A stretch of DNA of 64,000 bases from Cyanidioschyzon merolae (lineage: Eukaryota), in the NCBI GenBank assembly GCA_000091205.1, contig AP006500.2; one strand, written 5' to 3'. The translations under genes and the position numbers were made by a program. The notes beneath the pieces were generated by a model, which saw only the letters and a program-made list of their open reading frames with translations, made no database searches and was not told the origin of the DNA. Below are positions 33,656-46,510 of this stretch, piece by piece; the first letter of the stretch is position 1, and each line of letters starts with the position of its first letter.

Positions 33656-34261
33656 ACACGTAAAGTGAATACCCTCAAGATGCCTGCTATCGTCCGCTGC
33701 GGCATTCTCCAAAGCGCGTATCCGCTTGTCGTGGACGCGAATACTGCGTGTCGGCGCTGCAGTTCCGGGACGGCCGCAGGGCCCGCAAGCGCGACACGCC
33801 TCGCTGGCGCGTTCCCGCTGGTAGCTGTCAACGCGAGCTTGTCGTGGGCTTCTCTGCCCAGAGCCGCTGTTATCGGAACCCGGGTTACGGTACTCAAGTG
33901 CGGACAGTGCAGGCAGGGGTCCGCCTAGGTCTGCAACGAGTGCCGCACTGGTCGGCGCCCGCCAGTTCAGATTCGAAGCACATGCCGAAGCGCGTCAGTG
34001 TCACCAGGTCGCTATGAAACGCCAGTGACACTCTCTCCAGATCCAGATACCCAAGTGAGTGACTTATGCTCCTTCAGCGAGTGTCAAGTTCCCGGTGCAT
34101 AAGCTTGCCGAACTGGCGCAGCATGCATCCTGCCAGATGGAAGCAGTTCGATGGTTCACGCTCGCTAGCCTGACGGATCATCTGTAGTCTTTTGTACATA
34201 CCAGGTTTGCAGCCCAGCGAGCCTGGATTCCGATGAAGCACTCGACCGCGATAGCGTACCA

Positions 34262-35330
34262 GGTCGTCTATTGCAGAGCACGACTTGCATCGATTCTGGA
34301 ATACCGCCACCAAACGCCGTTCGAAAGTCGAACGACGCCAACGGTGTACAGTAGTGGCGAGTGACCCGCCCTAGACAAGACGTCTCCAAGTGACGTGCAG
34401 ACGCCATCCGATCTTTCTCGACCGGCCACCTACGACTACTGCTCCCAACTTCTTCTCATATAGTTCGACTTTTGGAGGTTGTTCCACAAAGTTCTCCCGT
34501 GTCAACTCTGGAGGTCTCGTCTCTATCACCGCACATCTCCTTATATTGGTAGCGGCATTAAGGTCTCGGTTCACAAACTCCATACGTTTCTTGCAATCAT
34601 TGGTTGTACGTACTCATGCGAGTAGCCCTCGAAGTCTCGCTCTCCTTTCCATTTGCTCCTCCGTCAGCGGTCCATACTTTTTTATATCTTCAGGGCTCCG
34701 CTGACACTTTTCCATCTCCACTGTCTGAAGTGTACACCCCTGTTCATGGTGTGTATACGAGGTTCGGAACTCATCTACAGGTATCGTAACGAAACGCCGT
34801 GCGCCCTCCTTGTACGTTCTTGTCGTTGGAGCTGGCGTAGTCCCTTTTTGGGTCTTCCATCGCCTTGCTCCGTACGCTACGACGAGCCTCTGATTTCCAT
34901 CCTCCTTCAGGTCACTCAACTGATTGAAAAAATTCGCGAACGCCCGCTGCTCCCCACAATACAAATTCATTCGCAAACGAGCCCGCCGGGGCTTGGTATA
35001 CTCCTCCCACAGCGCATCCCAATGGGCAACGCGAACTTTCATGAATTTCCGAAAAGCTGCAAAGTCCGCGCCTCGTCTAGTCACCTCGCTCAAAGCTTCC
35101 AGGTGCTCTTTCATTCCTGAGTTCCAAGTCTCGATTTTCTTCCTCGCATTCATTATACCGGATTCTCGATAGTATCTTGCTCTCGAGAGCCTCAAAAGAC
35201 GCATGTCTTTCTGACGTAAGTTACCATCAGTCCCATCTTCCGCACACTTTGGTACAGAGATGGTTATGATGCTCGTATTCCCAGGGTCCGCGCCAACGAC
35301 AAAGTCGTTATCCTGCACCTCCTGCATCGC
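34262..35330 (-). pseudogene. TnpB/Fanzor-like nuclease, copy B. It lacks the ~230-aa N-terminal region and has one in-frame TGA at 34614-16; the RuvC-I..RuvC-III region plus the 3' conserved tail are otherwise contiguous.
   Basis: ORFs 34614..35327(-) and 34371..34583(-) are in the same frame. Motifs present: FVVGADPGNTSIIT ... FRTSYTHHEQGC ... FVNRDLNAATNIRRC. Confidence 0.55.
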
Positions 35331-35399
35331 AGGATCCGCATCATTCTCATCTACATCCTTCGCCAGGGGCGAAGCCGAGGACGGACCAGGAAGCGGGCC

Positions 35400-36425
35400 C
35401 GACGGCGCTGGAGGTGCAGAAGAACGCGTTTGTCGTTGGCGTGGATCCCGGGAACACCCACATCGTTACCATCGCAGCACCCAAGCGTGAGGAAGATGGC
35501 TCTGTCGGCAACTTACGTCAGAAAGACATAAGTCTGTTGAAGCTCTCATGAGCGAGATATTACCAAGAATCCGGTATAATGAATGCGACGGAGAAAAGTG
35601 AGACATCGAACTCAAGAGTGAAGGGAATTTGGAAGCGATCAGCCGGGTGACGAGCCGCGGAGCCGACATTGAAGCGTTTCGAGAGGTTATGAGCATTCAC
35701 GCAGCTGATGACGAGAGCTTTTGGAAAGAATGCACAAAGTTCAGGTGGGCTCGTCTGCGTATGAACCTGTACTGTAGGAAGCAGCGAGCATACGCCAGCT
35801 TTTTCAATCAATTGAGCGCCCTCAAGGAGGACATGAGCCAAAGGCTCGGAGTAGCATACGGGGCAGGGCGCTGGATGACCCAAAAAGGGTGTACACCAGC
35901 TCCAACGACAAGAACGTACAAGGAGTGCGCACATCGTTATGTCGAAATACCTTTAGATGAGTTTCGAACATCTCATACACACCACGAGCTGTGTTGTACA
36001 CTTCAGAGGGTCGCGATGGAGAAAAGCCAGCGGCTCGCTGACGGAAATGCAAATAGCAAGGAGGGCGAAACTTCGAGGACTACTCGCTTTGGTTCGTAAA
36101 ACTAATGATAGGAAGAAACGAATAGAGTTCCTGGACTGAGACTTTAACGCCGCCATCAGTATAAGGAAATGTGCAGTACTGGAAAGAAGACCCCCGGAGT
36201 TGGCGAGAGCCAACTTTGCGGGGCAACCTCTTAAAATGGAGTGATACGAGAAGAAGTTGAAACCAGTAGTAGGTGGCCAGTTGCTGAACGCCAGCACAGT
36301 CGTCTGCACATCATTGGGTAGACAATCGGTCTACGGCGGACGGTGTGAGAAACGCCACCATTGTACACTGGCTTTCCAGCGTTTCTCTTTTGCAAGGCGT
36401 TTGGTGGTGTTTCCAGAGACGAATT
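35400..36425 (+). pseudogene. TnpB/Fanzor-like nuclease, copy C, head-to-head with copy B. It has several in-frame stops, including CGA>TGA inside the RuvC-III NRD motif (LD*DFNAAISI), and it lacks the N-terminal region.
   Basis: By hand translation: 35423.. [42 protein letters not shown]; the ORF 35629..36099 carries the central region; 36130.. reads D*DFNAAISIRKCAVLERRPPELARANF. Confidence 0.5.
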
Positions 36426-36661
36426 GTTTACCAAAAACGTCTTCTATCGATCTTCGAAACCAACGTGCTGCTTCCTCTGTGCGGCACGGGGCGTACGCTA
36501 TGCGCTTTTCTGCTGATTGACAGCGGAAGCGACGAGTCCGGTTACTGCCTTGAAGACTTTGACGCTTTGGAGAGACCATCATATCGATGGTTTCAGTTTT
36601 CTGACCTCCTCCTAACCACCACGCTCGGATCTCTGTTGCAACGGCACGCGCAGCAGCTCTC

Positions 36662-37610
36662 ATGGCAGCCAAAGCTGAACCCGGGCATCGAGAGAGTGGA
36701 AAGCTGCATCAAAGGTGGCGGAAAGCCAATGAAGCTGGTTATCTGAGCAAGCTTGCATCACCTGCAGAGCTGCGAGCACTCGTCCAAGCGAAACTGACAC
36801 CCGAGGAGCAAGTGCGTTTTGGGATGCAGTGTGCAGGGCTGGCAGCCAAGGCACTTGAGGTACTCGACAAGTCGCTTACATCTTTAGAGCAAGACATAGA
36901 GAACGAGTCTTGTGACTGGGAAATAGAATCGGACGATGCCATGGACCGTGTTGCGAGACGATTCCTTGCCGATCTCGAACAGCTAAAGCAGACTGGCAGC
37001 ACGCGTCGACTCACCCAACTCAGTATTTGGCGTCGCATCAGTCGCTAGGTCGTACTGGCGGAAAGGCGAGCATGAACTGCAGGCTGAAGGCAGTCCTCTT
37101 GTGAGGCAAGTCGCGAAGATCGCGGACCAGGCATCCAAGACTCCGGGATACCGCCAGGTCGTTGCCTGGGAGCATCTGGAAGAGCTCGCAGATGCGGCAA
37201 CTGCAGATGGTGTATTCGGTTCGCAGTCGCGGTCGATGTCACGTATCTTACGTCGCCCAGAAAGTCGGTTTCGACTCTTGCTCACGAAACTAGAGCTTGG
37301 TGAGGAGCTCTGCACACGCGACGAGCGGCGTTTGATGCTAGCATTGGATACCTCTGATGCGAGACTTGAACCCGAACGCATGCGCTCGAGGAAGAGGGCA
37401 CCTGGTGGAGCGCAGGATGGCGCCTCTGCAAAGCGCGACCACGGGAGGTCTGCATCCGTTTCGTCGTCGTCGTCGTCGTCGTCGTTAGAGCCAGAGCACG
37501 AGGATCACGTGCACCCAGCGGCCAAGAACGCGTCTTCCGCGAGAAAGAAAAGACGACATCATCGGCGACGATCATCCAACAAAAACGAAACCCTGGAGAA
37601 TCCTCAGTAA
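36662..37610 (+). CDS. Hypothetical protein, possibly one gene split by a frameshift near 37000-37050 (ORFs 36662..37048 and 37101..37610 in different frames); Ser-rich and basic C-terminus
   Basis: Two adjacent same-strand ORFs whose open frames overlap for ~60 nt. No recognisable domain. Confidence 0.2.
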
Positions 37611-38604
37611 GCTAGCATTTGAGCGAGATTGCTGCCGAATCATCGCCGTGCCCTGGCCCAGTGGATATCGCATGATGCATCGTTTACAGCGTTTCAGTCA
37701 TGATCCTGGGTGGTGATTATCCCCGCCGGAATACCTCAGGACTAGATCGCGGATCGTTGGAAGCTACGCTCGCGTCCATCGCGTGTACCATGCGCTGCAA
37801 AAGTGGTGCTTGTCTGCAGCTCCTCAAAGAGCACATGATCGCTTGCTGTGCTGCGAGCACCACGCCGCCGGCCTCTGTCGGCAAACGCGCTCAAAGGCGT
37901 ACTCGCGACAAGCATGAATTCAGCAGGAATATTGGCGCTGGTTGAGGCACTGCGACTGACTATCGAGAGACCAATCTCAGCAACCGCAGCATGCGTCGAT
38001 CACTGGGGCGCAGCTTAAACTCCAGCAGCGATGCGGCAGTGTCAGAGCCAGACCTGCAGACTAGTGGACAGAGCGCAGCATGCCTCGTTCTGGATTTCGC
38101 AGAAGTACCCGCCAGAGACGCTTTTCAGGGTAGCCAGTGGCGGATCGCGTCTATTTCGCTACCGGGAATTCGGACGGATTCCGCGTCCAGTCGACCGGGG
38201 ACGGTTCACGCTCTCCACTCGGACGTCAACGCGTTTCACTTTGGTGATGAAGGTGCTGCATTCATCGACCGACCAGTCTGCATGACGATTCGAAGAACAT
38301 CGGGCGGAATCTTTGATGCATACCTCTGGAGCATGATTCGCAGAGGTGTACTTTTTTGCGGGTCGTCGAGGTGGAGCGTGTGGCGAGAGCCACATATTTG
38401 AGCGACCTCGCACCGGGCGTGATCCAAGTCACCATTCGGCTGATGCTCAAGCGTGCCTCGCGTACCCGACATGTCGTTGCTCACCTTCGTGATGCTGGTG
38501 TGCTTCTGTGGGTAGCGCACTTGCGCCCGTTTGCGAAGCGTAGCGGACCTTGAGGACAAATGGCACGCTCCAGCAGCCATGCGCTTGCATAGGTCATGCA
38601 TTCA

Positions 38605-39264
38605 TCATGTGATGCTTTCCAAAGCAGCACCCAGGGCGTGGTCATCAAACACGTCGTGGAAATCCCAGAACTGCACATTCCAGCGGGGGTGGTAGCGCCG
38701 ACACCAGCGCTCAAACCCCTGGATATATGCGGGTCGCAGGTGCGCATCCAAAGCGTTCCGGAACGCCACCATGGACTCCTCGATGATCGAGGGATCCATG
38801 AGAATGCTCCCCGACAACGGATCCAGCATCACCTTGACCGGAACATGCTCATAACCCCAGAAAGGCAGTTTCGTCCCGATATCGCCGACCGCTGCCCATC
38901 GGAATGAAAACGGCACATGTCGCTGGAACGCTGCAGCGAAAGCGCGATTCCCGACTCGAGGCGACCCAAAAGTCACACTCATCACCAGATCCGATGACAG
39001 ACGCAACGACTGTGAATTCTCAAAACACGTCATATCGAGGGCAGCGATGCTTGCCAGAGCCCCGCCGAGAGAGTGACCTCAAAAGATCACCGGTTTGTGG
39101 TTGCAAGATGCACTATCCAAGGAGTTCATCGCACTACACGGTTGCGCTTCGCTCGCATCTGCATCTGCTGCTGCTGCTGCTGCTGCTGCATAGGTCAGTT
39201 GAGCGTTCTGTGCAGTCTCTGCTTCCCAGCGGCTGGGGTGCCGGCTGCACTGGGGTCCGCGCAT
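38605..39264 (-). pseudogene. Class-3 (fungal-type) lipase remnant. The alpha/beta-hydrolase core from the GHSLGG nucleophile elbow to the C-terminus is intact, but an in-frame TGA sits at the codon immediately preceding GHSLGG and the N-terminal region is degenerate.
   Basis: Hand translation of the minus strand gives ...NHKPVIF*GHSLGGALASIAALD..VTFGSPRVGNRAFAAAF..RWAAVGDIGTKLPFWGYEHV (Lipase_3 motifs). The TGA is at 39079-81, exactly where the conserved Thr/Ser of (T/S)GHSLGG would be. Upstream there is a GCN-repeat poly-Ala tract instead of a FRGT oxyanion-hole region. Confidence 0.5.
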
Positions 39265-39767
39265 CGAGATCCTATCAGGTTGAGGCTTTCCGAACGATAC
39301 CGTCCATCAGGAAGCTTATCCATGATCCACGAATGCATCCTGATGTGCTGTTCAAGGAGCAGGTTGCTTCTTTCCATGCATAGCTCATGCACCGCTGACA
39401 GGTGCCGCGTACGGACGCACGCACGGCTCGCGCAAAGCCGCCCAGACACTCAAAGGCGTCTGCGAAACCGTTCCATCAAATCAGACTTGACGCTAAAACG
39501 ACAGCACTGTTCTGGTTGCAGCGTAACGTGGACGCGTCCGTATCGGAGTCGAGGTCTGGTCCTCGGGTCCAAGCAGCGTCGGTGCATCGCCTAGTACCTG
39601 GTTCAAACGAGGGAACACCTGCGTGGATGCGGCTTCATGTGGAGTGTCCTATTTGTACAGTATACGACAACGATGCGCTGGAGAGGATATTTTGGAACAA
39701 TCATATATATTTAGGACAATAGTCCGCCGAGCGTTTCGGGATTTCAAATGCAAACGCCTCGGAACGG

Positions 39768-42700
39768 ATGCGCCCGTCGGCCGGGCACACTGCGCAGCTG
39801 CAGCGCGCTCCCGCTCCAAAACACCCTATCGCTCTAGTTCACAAAACACTTCAAGCAATGACGTCTGCGGAAGCGTTTCTGCTCCCGTTCCATTGGGAAG
39901 ATGTGGTTCTGGATCCGGACCTCAGGAGCAAGCACCCCGCGAGAGGGCCGGTTGCTCCGCGCTACGCCGTTTCCGTGGACGCATTCGACCTCTCCGACCC
40001 TGATATGGTACAGAGCGCTGTGGCGCTCGCCTCCGGTCACGTTTCCGACCATGCTGCCAACGCGCTGCTCATACCCGAAGACGTTGCGGAAAACGAAACC
40101 ATCCAATGTTTGGACTCGCTTGCCGGTGTCGATGGCGACCAGTCCCTGTCCTGGTGGCTCGCTCCTCTGAGCGACCGAGCAGCAGCGCAACTGCGCGCTC
40201 TTCTTTGGTGCATTCATCACTGGTGCGGACTGAATGACTTCAGCATCCGGGCACAGCTTTTTACTTGTGTTCAACACGGGATCAAGCAAGCACTACACGT
40301 CATGCGGAACGCAGCCCGCGCTGAGCTCAGTGCAGACCCCGCAAACCGAACCGGTACGGATACCTGGCGCTCTATTCTTCGCTTGGTGGCGTTCGTTAGC
40401 GCCCACTGGCTGCAGGCCGTGGAGCGTGAACTTGCTGAGGACGCTGTCGCCTTAAGTCTGCCGCTTGCCGGTACCTCTGGTGGCAGCAGGGTAACTCGTC
40501 TTGAGAGCAGCTCGGCGCGCACAGGCACCAATCAAGGCGGCACACCGGCGCGCTGTCGGGCGAAGCGCCCCAACCTTCGCAAGAAGACGTCTCGTTTCAT
40601 CGTCGAGTCGGATGCTTCCGATGAGGAATCGCCAGCATACGCAGAAGACCAGGCAACGGTATGCACCGGGGACTTGCCTGGAGAACGCGAGCATGCTGGT
40701 CCAGAGAATTCATGGGCTGAGCTCTACGAGGGCGAGCGCGAGCGTCTCCTAGAGGCATTCGGTGAGCTCCTGCGCCAAGAAGGCATCATCAAACTCGCCT
40801 TTCCCTCAGCAATTCCCGAAGACGCATACCTCTACCTGTTTGTGCGCACGTCCTGTGCCTTGCTCGAGTCGCGTCTGGTATGTCGCAAGGAGCGAGCACG
40901 AGCGCTGCTCGTTGATCTCATCGTAGAGTGCCTCTCGCGCTACGGACAAGCTGGTCGATTGTGTCCCATTCTCGTTCACAGTTTGCAACGGTATGAGCAT
41001 GTAGCCCCGGTTCTCGTCGATATCGTGGTGGTGCTGTGTCAAGATGACGCTGACAGCGGCAACACGCAGCGCCGCAGCGGCTCTAATACCAGGGACGCGC
41101 TCCAGGAATCGTTGACTCGTGGCGATGTACCAGCGCTCTCCGTCAGCCAAGCCGGACGCGATGACTGCATTCGAGACCTGATGACGCAAGTGACCCAGAT
41201 TCCTATTAGTGAACTCGCTCGTGACAATACCTGTGCGCGTCATGTTGCACGGTTTCTCACGGAGCTTGCAGAGCGCTCTCCTGGGACGCTGGTTCCCTAT
41301 TTTGCTGCATGGATTCCGCATTTCGATGGTGAGGCATACTCCGTTCGTAACGCGCTTGTGCAAGCCTTTGGATGTGTCCTGAAGCATCTGGCAGAACACA
41401 GGAGCCCTGAGGCTGTACAGGCGCCTCACCAGGAGCCACACGACGAGTCCATGACGCTCCAAGAGCGCCTGCTGCAGTTGCTCTTGCGACGCCTGGATGA
41501 CGTGCATGCTTTGGCGCGCTCGCGGACGCTCCAGGTCTGGCAACAGCTCATCGAGGCTCGTTGTGTACCCGTCAGCTTGTATGCTACCCTGGCTGCTCAG
41601 GTCGCGCAGCGGCTGCAAGACAAGTCGATGCACGTACGCCGTGCTGCCCTGCAACTTATTGCCGTTGCCATCCGGTTGAACCCGTTTGCTGATCGTCTGC
41701 AGCCGGCATTGTTTATACAGCGCCAAGCTCAGTGCCTCCGTATAGCGCCCGATGACCCCGCCTCAACGTTCGAGATGCCCTTCGCGTTAGCGCAAGAAGG
41801 TGCTTCTTTCTATGCGGGCGCAGCTACTTTTGCGGAAATTCTCAACAAAGCTATCCCGCTGGTCAGCAGGCTGTGTCGTTCCCGTCAGAACGGTGACGTG
41901 CTCGATGCCATTCGTGTCTTGTGCACAGCTTACCAGTTCGAGGTGCCAGCTGCTGTGGCTGAGGCACCCAAGCAGACTTTACGTCTGGGTTTATCCCGGG
42001 AGGAAAGCGTTCAGACAGCAGCGCTCGATGCCTTTTACACCATGTGCTTCGTTCTGCCGCTGGAACAGGTCTTGCGCTCGACAAAGCAGCAACAAGATAT
42101 GGCACTCGCGACAGAAGCGCTGCAGACCATGGGTGTCTTGGCCATCACCAGATCCCTGGTGTCGCTGGTCGCTCGGGCTACTGTTGGCGAACTGACCTGC
42201 TTCGAGCGACTCTTGCCAGCATTGTATCGCAGTGAGCGCCTCGCTCCTTCGGTCCTGCAGTGCTGGTGGGACGTGCTCGCCGGTCGAATTCCCGGTGCGA
42301 ACTTGGAACTCATCCGTGGATGCACCTTCCTCATTCAGTGCGTCGTATCCGCAAAGCCACTCACCAAGTCGCAATGCGAGCTGCTGCGAGAGCACGCGTT
42401 TACTGATCTGGTGACTGCCCGTTGGGCCTGCGCGGCACTTACCCACGGTCTAGCAGCCCAGTCGTTAGACTCCGAAGATGGACTGCTTGTCGGCAAGGTC
42501 GAGGCGCTGCTCGTCGACGACACCAGGAGTGTGTACTGGCCAGCAGCCGCTCAGGCCGCTGTCACATGCCTCTTCCATTGCAGCCGGGATCCTTCGCAGA
42601 GCGTTCATCGGGTTCTGCAGCGCCTTGTGGAGCGGCACCAGGTTGCACAGCAACAGGCGAGAGGCTCGCAAGGCAGCACGGCTCATGGCGACGTGCACCA

Positions 42701-44237
42701 AGACAAACCGCAGGTTCGTTGCGCCAGCTCTTGGCTAAGCCGCCTCTTCACCGTGGGCAGCGCTTTTGCTGTGCACCAACTGCACTTTGCCGTGAAGAGT
42801 GTACGCGCTTGTCTGCGCTCCGAGTCGTCGACGAACCCGGTCGAGACCTGTCTCGCCGAGGCAGTTGCGCAGCTGCAACTCGACGATGCGTCAAAGCAGG
42901 TGGAGGCAACTTTGACGACACCGGCAACGGGCCAAGCGCGACGTGCTCGTCAGTCGCACTCGAAAGCGGCCGCGTCCGTTACGGAAGCTAGCGTCGCGCA
43001 CGTTGGTATCGATCCCGAGCGCCTCCAGTACCTGGAAAGTCGTCTGGATCAGCTGTGCAGCGTGCTGGAGACGGAGCTGACGGCACCGGAGGCACCTCTG
43101 GCGGCGCTGGCACCACTCGCTGCCCATGTGCTGTTACGCGCTTGTGCTTGGACACCGCAGTCGCAGTCGCAGTCGCAGTCGCAGTCGCAGCCTGCTGCAT
43201 CTCTCGAGGACGACTCCAGCGTTACCGCAGCGCAGACGCCTGTGCATGGCGCCCGAGTCCAGCCTCGGTCTAGCGCGGACAATACACTCGGGGCTGCTGC
43301 CGCCCTGTGCCTGGGACGACTCGCCTGTCTCCACGAGTCCGTTGCCGAGCGCTTCCTGCGTGTGCTCTTCACCGCCCTGCAACAAGCATCCAGCGCTGTA
43401 GTGCGCATCAACATTGTGGTCGCACTGGGTGACCTGGTTGCCCGCTTTCCCAACCGGCTCGAGCCGTGGACAGATCAACTGTATACGGTACTGCGCCAGG
43501 ATCAAGACGCTCGGGTGCGTCGCTATATGCTCATGGTGCTGACGCACCTCATTCTTAACGAAATGATCAAAATTAAGGGACACTGGGTCGACCTGGTGCG
43601 CTGTCTGCAGGATTCTGACGCTAGCGTCGCGCGACTCGCTCGAACACTTTTCACTGAAATGCAGCGTAAGCGCGTCAGTGCAGCACAAACGTTCATGCTG
43701 CTGCTTCCGGACCTGGTTTGCAGTCTGTCCCAGGAGGAGGAGGCGGAGGAGGAGGCGGCAACGCTGGTTAGCGGGCACGCACCGAGCCGGCTCACAAAAC
43801 CGAAAGCTCTGCAACCGTCCATATCCACGGAAGCATTCCTGGATATGATGCAATTCCTCTTATCGTTTGTGCGCCAGGAGCGTCTGACAGAGCACCTGCT
43901 GGAACGTTTCTGTTACCGTCTGCGGGGTGCCGCCGATGTGCATACTGCACAACGTTTGGCGCTGTGCCTGCCGCTGTTGCACTGCACCAGCGAGCGTTGT
44001 CTCCGCCGTCTCGTGGAGCTCAGCAAGTGCTACACGCACTGGCTAGCAGACGGTGTCGTAGCGGAGGCTCTGTCCCATGTGCTGGCTCGGGTGCAACGAG
44101 CCGCCAAGCGCCCAGAGCAACGCGAACTCGTCCAAGCGTTCGCACAGTGCCTCGCACGCGGCGCACATGTTGATCAGGGCGTTGGTTGTCACGGGATCAG
44201 CACTGGCGACAATGACGACGATGATGACAAGGGTGGC

Positions 44238-44275
<38 letters not shown>

Positions 44276-44747
44276 GATGACGACACCCGCACGCGTGCCC
44301 CAGCACCTCAGCAACAGCAACAGCAGTAGGTTGTCGATGCTCAGGTCTCCAGACGCGGACTCGCCCGTACTCTGGACACCAGGAGCACCTACAGCAACGA
44401 CAAGGGCAATATCAGCGTCTACATCGACTCCGAAAAACGCGGCTGGTGTGCCTGGGAGCGCTGCACTGTGCACACCAGGCAGCGGCTGGCGAACACCGGC
44501 AAGTGCGCGGCAACTTGCACGAGCGCGTGCTCGCACTGCAATGCAGCAACTACTCCAAGAGCACCTTCATCACCGTCATAATCATAACCATCGTAGTCAT
44601 TCTCGTAAGCAACAACAGAACAGCACCAAGCTGGAGCGTTCGCCCTCGTTTGATCAAGTGACGCCTGAGCGAGGTCGCTCGACAAGTCGTCGTCGTCGTC
44701 GTCGTCGTTGTGCGGGCAGCCCAGGGGCCTCGATACGTTCGCCCTAG
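39768..44747 (+). CDS. Condensin complex subunit 1 (Cnd1/NCAPD2 homolog), with a long low-complexity C-terminal tail
   Basis: Cnd1 C-terminal domain signature: VVRINIVVALGDLVARFPNRLEPWTDQLYTVLRQDQDARVRRYMLMVLTHLILNEMIKIKGHWVDLVRCLQDSDASVARLARTLFTEM. HEAT-like repeats run throughout. A 1659-aa single-exon ORF ending at a TAG. The tail holds (QS)n, poly-Ala, poly-Arg and acidic runs. Confidence 0.85.
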
Positions 44748-46510
44748 ACACCTACATCAGAGGAACGAAGGACTCTTGAAAAACGCAATCCATACATCGC
44801 TTTCGCTACGCATGTGTTCGTGGGGTTACCATACAAGCTCGGTGCGCTTGAGGCAGCGTCGTCGCTTGGCTATGGTCAGGTGTTTCCGTCTATCCAGCAT
44901 CGCTCATCTTCTAAAGCCGGTACAGCGACGCAGGAACGTTCTCTGTTTCATCGCTCGGCACGTATCGTGAACCGGTACAGAGGGCTCCTTTCGATCTCCT
45001 GCTTCATCATCTGCGCCAGGTGCTGTACCAGTCGATCACGGACCGCGGTTTGGCGATCGACTTGACGAGTACGCTGGGTGCTGCAGGTGCAAGCGCACGC
45101 TATGCCGATCGCTCGAAACGACTTGTGGAGTGCGGTACTGTCCAGTATGACTCGAGTACCATACGAAAAACCCAGACCGGTGCCGCAGTCGAGATATCAG
45201 CTCGATCCGTTGGGGCTCTGGTCGGGCGGAGGAGTCACGCGCGCTCCACTGGAAGCGAACGTTGCGAGACCGCTCGCGTCCAAGAAGTTTTTTTTTTGCC
45301 TAGGACCAGAAGAGACCGGGGCCTCGCTGGGACCACAATTGCTCGTGAACGGTTCATGTTGCCGTGGAGTGTCGTTTCGTTGATGTCCATAAAAAGAAGG
45401 CGATCTTTCGTTCTAGCGAAATCGATCATTTGACGTGACAAGCTCCGTGACCATTCGGTATACGCTGGTGAGCAAGTCGTCGAAAGCACGACGTCGTCGA
45501 CGTGCTATGCTCGTCTTTCGAGTAGTGCGAACTGGTGTGCCCGCGAGTTGCCTTGAATCAGGAAAAACGAAAACGTGAAAAATGTCTGATTTCAGCATGC
45601 CATACGGACGGAGATGAGAGGAACAGGGGATTCTGCGCCTGCACTGGATCCCGGTATCGATTACCTTGCGAATGCTTCTTCCGTTGCGTTCCGGATCATG
45701 TTGATTCTGTTGACGACGACGGGAACTCTAGCGCCAAACAGTCTACGAAGCCACATCGAAAAGAAGACCGTGCATCCTGAAGCGACATGCGAGTCCGCAA
45801 GGCCTTGCTCTTCTGCTGCGCTTCGAAATTCGGCACAATGCATATACGAGGGAACACCTCGGAGAACGTCGACGAACAGGTCCAGATCTAGCTGTCCAGT
45901 GTTCCAGTTCAAGCTGAAACTGGTGTCGTGATGCTGGGGCATGGACGGCGAGTCAACCGCTGTCGCACGGCTCGCGGAGGACGCACCCAGGCAACCGCTA
46001 TTGTCGTCCTCGTAACGATGCTGGCACGCTGGAACGCATCGGATGCGTATCGGTAAGCACGAGCACCGGTCGCTACCCGGAATTCAGAACAGGAGTGGCG
46101 TATTCACGAAGCATACGTCGTTTCACAGCATTGATCGTGTACCGCGCACACACATACACAAGCGATCCACGAGTCGGGAGCAGAACGTTACGCCCTGATA
46201 CCCTGAGCTCCTGGTCATTTGCGCGCTTGCGGTAGCGCTCGACGTGACACACGAGGCCGGCGGAAACCTCACGGGAGTGCAGAGCGAAACGAGATGCCAA
46301 AGCGCGCTTACGAAGCATCCCGCACGTCTTGAACCGAGTATCGACACGCGTGACCCAGCGTCGTGCGTATTCTCCCGCTCGGTGCAGCATGACAGCTGCT
46401 CCCAGCGATACCGAAAAACGTCATGCACTCGGCGATGCCTGGTTAGGAGCGACATCCTCGAGAAAGAAAGGCGCTGAACGCAGTCGTAGCATGCCGCCTC
46501 TGGTGTTGGT

